Assembly: GCF_006345805.1 (NCBI RefSeq) | Contig: NC_042997.1 | Span: 129,332,001-129,396,000, forward strand | Reading direction: 5' to 3' | DNA: 64,000 nt | Source of the DNA: Octopus sinensis | Lineage: Eukaryota | Part shown: positions 54,801 through 64,000 of the stretch, one piece after another | Numbering within the stretch: position 1 is the stretch's first letter | How the letters are laid out: every line of letters starts with the position of its first letter | Position numbers and translations under genes: made by a program | Notes under the pieces: generated by a model | The model's database searches: none | Told to the model about the DNA's origin: nothing | What the model saw: only the letters and a program-made list of their open reading frames with translations

Positions 54801-56399
54801 GTTCAAACCACTGTTAAGACCTGCCTCTGGGATTCCCTCCCAGCCAATATTTTTCTTTCAGCTGTCAAGTTGCAGCAATTCAATCTCACTGTGACAGGCA
54901 TAATCCATCATCATCCTCCAGTCTAGTTTTTAAAACAAAAAAAAACCTTCAACAATGCTATGCTTAAAAAAATATTGTATCTTGCAGTGAACAAACTGTC
55001 TGAATAAATGTGAAAAATGATCAAGAGCTAAATAATATTCTAGCTACACAAATAATTGGACAGTGGAGCGAGTTCCTGTCCAGATACTAACACTGTACCA
55101 CATACAATAATCATAGCATGTCAATGTGCGCAGTTTAATCCTCAACTAGTTAGAGGCATGGTATAATTAGAATAACAGAAAAGATCATATCTAGTCATTT
55201 GGCCATCTGCCTAGATACTGACCTGATACTATACAACACCACTTACCTTGCAAAGATTAAATTGCCTGAGTTACAGAGCTAATCTACAGTTAAATAGTGT
55301 TATCTACCTGTTAGTCTACCTAAAGCTGTATATGTAGCAAAGCTATTTCTCTAACATTGTGTAGCTCTGGAAGTTTCTGCAATGAAAAGGTTATACTACC
55401 ATAGGTATGCCCTTAATATGGTAACCAACAATAAATACAATCACTGGCATGCAAGTGAGACAAGAAGAAAATATAGGAGAATGCTTTAATGGCCAGTATT
55501 TAGCTCTAGTTTCATACATTAAGTATTGAAAAATAAATTGCCCTCTGAATGGGTTGACAGTTTACTGCAGGTAATATTGCTCAGATGTTCCAAACAACTA
55601 CATGAAATGAGGATAGAATATTCTGCCCTGCAATATAATAAAATGCTTTCAGTAGATTTGAATCACACATACAACCAAGTAAGCCTTTACAGTATCCATT
55701 CAGCCATCATACTCCTACTATATTTATAAGCAAAGACATTTCTGCTGATAATGCCTTCCCAAAAGGTCATTTATGATAGTAGTGAAACAGTTTTGGAAAG
55801 AATTTATCACTACACTATATTGATGTGATTTTTGTAAAAGTTTCTCGCCAAGAATTTATTATAGAAAAGATAACAGGAATTCTAAAAACACAGAATACCC
55901 ATTATCATTATTTAATTTTAAAATGGCAAAATAACTGAAAAACTTATATGAGATTAATGTAGGTGGGTAAAAATATACAGAAAAACTAACTCCAAAAAAC
56001 AAAGGTGACCTACACTTTCTTTTCAAAGAAAACAAATGGATACAAACAGATGTTAGATGAGAAAAGACTAAAGAAACTGGTTGGAAATATTTACAGTGAA
56101 AGAAAGGAGCTAGGCAACTTGAAAACTATTTCCTAGATGTTAACCCCAAGTTACTTCCAGCTGAGCAGACCTATGATCAAAGATGCTCTAGCCATGAGTA
56201 TTGCTTTTGTTTCTTCCCTTTAAAACTGTGAAGTGAGATTTGGCTACTATTTCTAGTGGTTTGAGTGGCTACACTGAGGCTCCTTCAATGGATTAAAAAC
56301 TGAAGTAAATGTTGGCCCTTGGATATTCATTCACTACCTTAAATGTTGACAATCCCCCTCAGTTGAACGATAAAATAAAATTTTTTTTAAAAAGTCGAA

Positions 56400-57800
56400 A
56401 TGAATGACTCACTCAGTTCGTGCCATAACTAGATTTGTTTTAAGAATTGTCAATGTCACTGAAGTGTGAGTTTTCACTAGAATCACTCTACAACAGGAAG
56501 TCATTAAGAATAACGAAGGACAGCCTTTTGTGATCGCTGAATTGTTAGAAATAGCAGCCAAATCTCCCTCACGCTACACTTTTTTAATAAACGACACTGG
56601 ATGCATTCTGTGAGAAAAAAAGATGAGACGATCAGGGTTGACATGGGTTCAAATAACAAGGTTAGCATATCTCGTTTTCCTTTTAAAAGGAAACTAGGAA
56701 TGCAGATTAAGTTTGTCCAAAAGGTTGCATCATTATTCCAGTACTGGATCTGATTCACTGACATTCATAAGAAAAATCATATCCTTGAATTCAAAGAAAT
56801 TTGTTTTTGCGTTGTTTTTTTTTCCTTCTAAGACAAGGTTAAGTATAAACGACATTTTCAGAATTATAAATAGTAATTGTGTATAATCGTCTACAATTTG
56901 AACCTGTGCACATCAGTTTCGAAACATACTGGAATGTGCAAGTTGCGATGAAAGTAATAGAGCAATTGAATGCACACGTACAAACATCTGGTTTAGAAAG
57001 ACATTGTTAGACCACAAATGTTTCTCATCTTCAAGGTGATAACTGCACAAAATACATGGTCAATCCTTCCTCCCCAGAACTAATTCAATCTGAAAATTCC
57101 ATCTCGCAGACTTTTTTTTTTTTTTTCCGGCAGTTGTCAAGTTGACGAGTAACGGTATCAATCTTGGCAGTTTACAATAACCTGCAAAGGTCACTGACTG
57201 CTACCTGCTCTTCTCACAAACACATACAAGTGTCTAGTCTATTGTTTTTACCTCACTTTTTTTTTTTTTTTGGTAAACTCCCACTCTATATGTAACTTGT
57301 TTTTGTAATATTCCTTTCATCTGACGTCCTTGTGGCAAATAAAAGAAATTATTATTATTATTATTAAACTATATACAAGAGGAAGAGTTCTGCTATCAAT
57401 TTAAAAGCAAAACAAAAAAACTTCATTCAAATTTAAACTAACGCCGTGTATGAACGGTAAGTTGTTAATTACAAAAGAAAAAAATGTGACATCGTAGACG
57501 AAACGGCGGAAGTAAAGGATACGTACACCACCCGTTTTCGGCGTTACAAAACCCCCTAACCCTAAACACCAGGTGTATGTATTCTTTACTTTCGCCAACG
57601 AAGATGCTGAGGTCAAATATTGTTGACAATATAGAAAGCCACAATTATGTAAGAATATTAACAGGAAGAATAATTGTAATAATAACTCGTATGTATTGAC
57701 TACAACTGACTGTAAGGACAAGAACGTATAAAGGTCAATTATAGACGGATGTATCACGTAAGCCAATTGTAACAAACAGGTTTTTTAGTCACACCTATGC
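56400..57800. promoter_or_regulatory. Candidate COX4 promoter / non-coding exon 1 region, possibly bidirectional
   Basis: COX4 needs an upstream exon (acceptor at 50050). This is the nearest CpG-enriched zone: minus donors GTGAGT (56412) and GTATGT (56929), ETS-type CCGGAA (57125-57130, -) and CGGAAGT (57507-57513), plus-strand ATGAACG|GTAAGT at 57450-57462. Confidence 0.35.
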
Positions 57801-58971
57801 AATTGGACCCAAGACAGGTGATTGCATTTATCAGTCACTGCTAATCAGTATATTAATAGTGGCAGAAGAAAGGGGCCTACAGTTAGATTTGTTATCATCC
57901 AGAATTTTACGGTTTCGTTTTTGAAAATCTGAAATGCTGATTTAATTTTTTAAGGATAAAAAAATGCATTTTTCAAGGAGAGGTGCGGAACTGCATTAGC
58001 CCCCCAAATTTAATTATTATGAATGAAAACAATATAATTCATTAATTCAAGTAGGAACTATATAAGTTCGATGCTCTACAGAGCTGGTTAACACATTGAG
58101 AGAGAGAGAAGAAGGAAGCGAGAATGCAAGGGAATAAAATAATTACATAAACTTTTAGTTGGATTTACAAAACGGGAGATATTAGAGAATGAGGATATAA
58201 CTATAACTGTATTGAATAAATATCTATTAATAAGACAGTTGAAGAATAAAATGATCGAGAAAGAAGGCTTAAAACGGTTCGATGAGTAAATGGAGGAGGA
58301 CGTTTGCGTCAGAATGACAGAAAATTTACAAGAAAGAGTTAATTTTGGTATATTTTTCTTCATAAAATTATTTCATACAAAAAGAAGTCTAGAAGTTGTG
58401 GCCGTGGCTATATTTCTTGAATAGAGATAAAAGCGACCTTACGTTAACCTTGAGGACACAACAACCTTCCCACATGTCCACTTTTTATAATGGACATCTT
58501 TTATATTCTAGTGGTAAAAACAATCCATAGGATGATGCGAAATAAATAGTTACCAAAACACAAGCAAAAATAATAAAGACCAACCTGGCAACTAACGGAC
58601 CGATGTGAAAGAAAAGATATTCAATGAAATGTGCTTCTCCAGAGAGAGTTGCTTAGTGGACGAGACTTGACGAAGCCGACGAGACTTAATGAGATCAAGA
58701 AACTTAACTCTTGCCAAACTATGAGCTAAGGACGGGGTAGGAGGTTATGGTAGAGAACAGTTCTATCACTGCCGTCATCAGATTTTTTTTTTAAATATAA
58801 AAAAAACAAGTATTTTCGAAATAAAGAGTGGAAAAATTGAGAAGGGAAAATTTTGAAAGTTTAGATTCTAACACATTCTGAGAGCTAATGTCCACTGCAG
58901 TGCATCATCATCATCATTATAACTCCTATATATCTAATATTTAATGCCTAATTCATCTGCCTTTCCCTTTT

Positions 58972-59190
58972 AAGGCGGGGAACGGGCAGAGTCGTCAGCA
59001 CGCTGGCAAGAATCGTTGCATTTCGTTTGTCTTTATGTTTTGAATTTAAATTCTGTTGTGACTAGCTTTATCTTGCACCCTTTTTAAGGTTGATAAAATA
59101 AGTACCAGTTGAACACTGGGATTGATGTAATCGACTTTTCCCCTCTCCCGAAATTGCTGGCCTTGTGCCAAAATTTGGAAGCAATATTTA
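58972..59190 (+). mobile_element. Family C SINE
   Basis: aaggcggggaacgggcagagtcgtcagcacg...gataaaataagtaccagttgaacactggg...ggccttgtgcc. Confidence 0.65.
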
Positions 59191-59409
59191 ATGACAAATT
59201 TTAAAATCTAATGTTGGTCATAAATGTGATTGTAAATTGACTATGATAAAGTCACTAATATGTCCCATAGGGATATGAACTAACTTTAGATACTATTTCA
59301 ATTTACTACAGATAGCAGTCAAACATACCTCAAATCACATTTTACAGTTTTAAATAACACCTGAACATGTTAGATAAGGCAATTCTACCAAGCGTAACTT
59401 TGAAAAAAA

Positions 59410-59655
59410 ATGAAGTGGTCTTTGATCTTGTTAGTTGTCGGAGCACTGCATCCTTCAAAACTTCCATGCTTCCTGAGATTCGCCAACACTACACCTGATT
59501 TTCTCCCTTCCATACACACGCAAGCATGTATCTGACTCATACACTGTTCACTTTCCAGACATTTGTACATTACTGCATATGCTTTAGACACACTTTTTGA
59601 CAAGTTGTGGTGCACCTGAGCACTGTATACAATAATTTCATTATTATTATTATTT
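59410..59655 (+). mobile_element. CR1-like 3' UTR fragment with (TTA)n tail
   Basis: Matches the ends of 32140-32913 and 38130-40506 (gcatcct..aaaacttccatgct...gcacctgagcactgta...ttattatt). Confidence 0.75.
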
Positions 59656-59923
59656 TATGCTTGCTTAATGAACATTGAGGCTAAGCAAAAGTAACAATAT
59701 TTTTTTTAAATACATCCCTGAGAAAGATTTAAGATTCTAGATTAATGATTCTCAATCATTTTGACTTAATGGCACACTGAAAGTCATATATAAAATTACT
59801 GATGCACTTTGGTAAAACAACACTGGCACACTCTACATGGAAAGTTAAGAAAACTCTACTTATAATGGAAGGAAGGTTTTTATGATACTTTGGGGGTATC
59901 TTCTTCTTCCATTATAATTATTC

Positions 59924-60273
59924 TGTTGATTCAAGAAGCTGGAAATACGAAGAATGAAGTTCTCAGGCAGAGTAAATTCAGTAACCGTTTATTCACAGGT
60001 GCTTCGTACAAGGGGTTTGCTTTCAGTAACCATCTTCACAGCAGTGCATAGTTAGTCTTCTCTCCCATGCATGTAAGGTTCAATAACCTCTGGAGACAAT
60101 ACATGTGGTATCACATAGGGACAAAAGTCCGCTGTGAGCTCCTGGCTTTGAAGTTTTGCTTGGCATCACCCTGAGAACGATAGGGAAAATGCTGTTGTCT
60201 TTTCCTTAAATAATGGTTGCAGGTGAGATCTCACTGTCTCAAAATGGTGCTGGCTTCTTTGTGCCTAGCTACA
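59924..60273 (-). mobile_element. Candidate 3' LTR of the Gypsy element
   Basis: On -: polypurine tract AAGGGGAG(CCCC) immediately followed by TGTAG at 60273, AATAAA near 59990, ends ...CAACA at 59924 (~350 bp). Confidence 0.6.
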
Positions 60274-62960
60274 GGGGCTCCCCTTGAGAATGCCAGTGCA
60301 AAAATAGAGAATAACTGGAGCAGGCACAAGAAAGAACAAAGATGGTAACTGATCACAAACAACAAGATATGGTGCAAAAATGTGACAAGTCAAAAAGAAA
60401 AATAATTGCAAGAAATATAAATTGGCATGCACAAAATTTGACAAAATGTTCAATGGCAGAGTATTGGAATTGTTCAGTATCACAAGAAAGCAATTGTCTG
60501 TCACAGGAAACACAAAAGAGATTGTCAGATGTAAATAGTTTTGGTAAGTTTTGGGGTCCAATGCACAGTACGGTCTGTCCTGGTGACATGAGGTTTGTTT
60601 ATGTTAGGTTGTGGCGATGAAGGTGGAGGTGTAGGTGATGGTGTGGTCAAAGGTGCATGTGCAGGTGGATGTGTAGGTGGTTGTAAAGGATCAAAAGTGA
60701 GTGTGGCTGGAGTGTCATTGAAGGGTGTGGAAACCTCAAAATATACCTTTTTAAGTCGCTTGATTGACATGGTCTCTGCCTGACCATTGATGTCGTGACT
60801 AAAAGTTTTGGGTGTGCGCGATAGCACACGAAACAGTCCTTTATAGGGAGAAATGAGCGGTCCTCTGACAGAATCATCCCGAACAAAAACATGAGTCCAC
60901 TTTTCAATGTCCGGTGAGACATGAGAGGGAATAGATTGGTCATGTGGATACAATGGTGAAAGACTCAAGAAATTCGAGTGAAGTCTGGTAACATACGATG
61001 TTGGATCAGGATGCAATGAATTGGCTGGTGCTAACATTGTACCAGGAAGTGCAAAGGTGGTACCGTAAAGGAATTCAGCAGAGGAGAAAGCTAAGTTTGT
61101 CTTAACGGCAATGCGACAACTAAGAAGAATGATAGGCAGGAATTCTGTCCAAGATTGCGGATCAGGAATGGCATGTAGAGCAGCCTTCAGTTACCTGTGA
61201 AAACGTTTGACCATCCCATGGGAAGCTGGATGGTAGCTGGTCATACGAATGTGATTAATATCTAGGATTCGTGATAATTCACAAAATAAGGAAGCTTCGA
61301 ACTATCAGTGGTTATCTTAGCTGGAACACCAAAATGAGCAATCCAATTAGAAATGAAAGCTCGAGCAACTGATTCAGTGGAAATGTCCACTATTGAAATG
61401 GCTTCAGGCCAACAAGAGAAAGAATCAATGCATGTCAATATGTAAGAGAAACTGTGATTGACAGGCCATGGTCCAACCAGATCAATGTGGATATGGTGAA
61501 AGCGAGTCTCTGGTGGAGAAAACTGTTCAAGAGGAGCACGAATGTACTTGTGAATTTTAGAACACTGGCATTTCACACAAGAATGTGCTCAGGCAGTGAT
61601 CATCCAGCGCATATTAGGCCAGAAAAACCAAGCCATAATAAGCTTCACCGAGGCAGCGATGCCAGGATGTGACAGTGAATGCAAGGTATCAAAAATGGAA
61701 CACTTGTAGTTTGCAGGTACAAACAGCCTGGGAGAACCAGTAGCTGTGTCACAAAGGATTGTGCCTTCAGCAGACAGAAGTGGAAGGCAGGACAACTTAG
61801 TAGAAGTTAGATCCAATGTGTCCAGAGCTGGCTGATCCTGCACAAAGTCAGTTAAATCAATTGCAGCAGTAGATGAAAGAGAACACACAGGGAGATGAGT
61901 GAGTGCATCAGCAGGTATGTTCTCTGTTCCAGGTATATACTGAATGTTACTCGTGAACTGGGAAATGTAGTCCAGGTGACAAAAAGTATGAGGCGAGTGT
62001 CTGTCCAATTTAGATGACAGAGCAAACATAAAAGGCTTGTGATCAGTATAAATCACAAAATCTCAGCCGTTGAGTTGATGTTCAAAATGACGAACCAACA
62101 GGTAGATCGCTAAGAGTTCACGATCAAACATACTGTAACAACATTCAGCTGGCTTTAATTGATGAGAAAAGAATGCCAAAAATGCCAAAGGTTGAGTTTG
62201 ATTATCGACGGTAGGTTGTAAAACGGCACTGATGCATCAACTGTTAAAGAGAGACAAGCATCAGGAACTGGATGCACAAGCAAAGGAACAGAAGCTATTT
62301 CCTTCTTGATTGACTCCAAAGAAGATAATACCTCGGCAGATAAAGTGATTTTCTTTTATTCTTTTATTTGTTTCAGTCATTTGACTGTGGCCATGCTGGA
62401 GTACTGCCTTTAGTTGAGCAAATCGACCCCAGGACTTATTCTCTGTAAGCCTAGTACTTATTCTATCGCTCTCTTATGCCGAACTGCTAAGTTACGGGGA
62501 CGTAAGCACACCACCATCGGTTGTCAAGCGATGTTGGGGGTACACACACACACACACACACACATGCACATATATATGAAGGGCGTCTTTCAGTTTCTGT
62601 CTACCAAATCCACTCACAAAGCTTTGGTCTGCCTGAGGCTATAGAAGAAGACACTTGCCCAAGGTGTCACACAGTAGGACTGAACCCGGAGCTATGTGGT
62701 TGGTAAGTAAGCTACTTACCACACAGCCACTCCTGTGCATGTCGCTTGCTATGAGCAAATCATCCACATAACTGAATGCACAGTCAAGTCCACAGACAAC
62801 TTCATCAATAAACCTCTGGAATGTACTCGTTGCATTCTGCAAACTGAAGCTTGTAAGCAGGAACTTGAAACTTCCAAAAGGGATGGTAACTGCAGTTTTT
62901 GTAATGTTGTCAGGGTTCAACCAATGAGCTTCAACACTGTTTCCAGCTACCCAATTTGAC
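60274..62960 (-). mobile_element. Degraded Ty3/Gypsy LTR retrotransposon (RT-RNaseH-integrase)
   Basis: RT: KTAVTIPFG...FQRFIDEV...SYVDDLLIAS; RNase H: IYTDHKPF..., YIPGTENIPADAL; integrase: HPGIAAS, CQCSK, HIHIDLVGP, WPEAI, FGVPAKITTD; RT-RH-IN order defines Gypsy; no gag or 5' LTR seen. Confidence 0.9.
62351..62738 (-). mobile_element. Family A SINE within the Gypsy RT
   Basis: Reverse complement of the full family A sequence. Confidence 0.85.
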
Positions 62961-63546
62961 TCACAAGGATGTTTTAGAAGACACTTACCTACACTGTGGG
63001 ATTGAGTTCAAAATAATGTGATTGTGAAGCAAACTTCATAAGTGATAATACTTTTCTTAAATAAGCTATCATTGATTTAACTTTCTCTACAACAGTTACT
63101 GACTTTACCTTCTCATTTCAAAAGCTGATATGGTCAGCCACTTGACATTGGTATATCATATATTATTAATATTTTGGGGTTGAGTTGATTCAATCAATTA
63201 TGTTCCTTTATCTACAAAACTGACAGGATACTAACTCAAGTTCTGCCCAGAGCAACTTTACATTTCCTTTTTCTTGGATTAATAACTTACCAGCTGATTA
63301 CTGCATTATTTAATCAGCTTCACCACTTTTTAAAAAATTTATGACTGCAAGGCTTGTAAGAAACTCTGATCAATAAATAAGCAAAACATCAGAAAATTAG
63401 ATAAAAACTAAATATTTGCAAGATAATAGTTCAAAGATAACTAGGTTATGTATATATATATAAAAAGAAACAATTTAAAATAGAAAATGAAAAGAGAGCC
63501 ACTGATATAACTCAAGCCTTCTTTACAAATTAGGTACTAAGTTTCT

Positions 63547-63777
63547 AAGGCAGCGAACTGGCAGAAACGTTAGCACGCTGGGTGAAATGCTTAGCGGTAT
63601 TTCTTCTGACGCTACTTTCTGAGTTCAAATTCCGCCGAGGTTGACTTTGCCTTTCATCCTTTCGGGGTCGATTAAATAAGTACCAGTTACACACTGGGAT
63701 CGACATAATCGACTCAATCCATTTGTCTGTCCTTGTTTGTCCTCTCTGTGTTTAACCCCTTGTGGGTAGTAAAGAAA
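63547..63777 (+). mobile_element. Family C SINE with perfect 16-bp TSD
   Basis: taggtactaagtttct at 63531-63546 and 63778-63793; head aaggcagcgaactggcagaaacgttagc, B-box-like gagttcaaattcc. Confidence 0.9.
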
Positions 63778-64000
63778 TAGGTACTAAGTTTCTGTTATTT
63801 TGTCTTCACAAGGATAATTTGCCAGGCACAAGTACTAACAGGTTCAAGTCCGGTCATTGGGTCCCTTGCTGTTTAATGTTTTTAATTTATGTATATAATG
63901 AAAACCCTCAGCCATCAACCAGGGGTTCTCCCTGTGACCAGAGTTTGGTTTGCCAAGACCCTCCAGCTCCCTTTATATTGTGTTACATGCATTTAATCAG

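Noticed and set aside
57553-57568. ccctaaccctaaac telomere-like motif
   Set aside because: Only about two units; expected by chance.

Overview
Eukaryotic, AT-rich, repeat-dense genomic DNA. The SINE families and the heavy (TA)n/(GATA)n/(TTA)n microsatellite load point to an octopus (cephalopod) genome; this is recognition from memory, not a database result. One host gene can be assembled completely: cytochrome c oxidase subunit 4 (COX4), minus strand, four GT-AG coding exons (50039-49901, 49039-48869, 47704-47573, 47099-46963; 579 nt, 192 aa), with an unlocated non-coding first exon further right. The rest is a nested set of mobile elements: non-LTR retrotransposons (RTE/BovB-like, RTE, CR1-like, Hero, Tx1/L1-like and a nearly intact R4/Dong-type element), a Ty3/Gypsy remnant with its 3' LTR, DNA transposon remnants (maT-type D37D, mariner, hAT and piggyBac-like MITEs) and many tRNA-type SINE copies. 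Two CpG-enriched, repeat-poor zones (about 25.8-28.2 kb and 56.4-57.8 kb) look like promoters or first exons. I found no prokaryotic-type system and cannot support a new protein system. The best leads are structural: (i) a Dong element inserted in the (TTA)n tail of another retroelement; (ii) an inverted ~300-bp copy of DNA from ~3 kb away at the 5' junction of a LINE inside a giant TA array; (iii) a 185-bp ~97% direct repeat bracketing all COX4 coding exons that looks like a SINE 3' transduction. Repeat boundaries were read by eye and are approximate unless a TSD or TIR is quoted.
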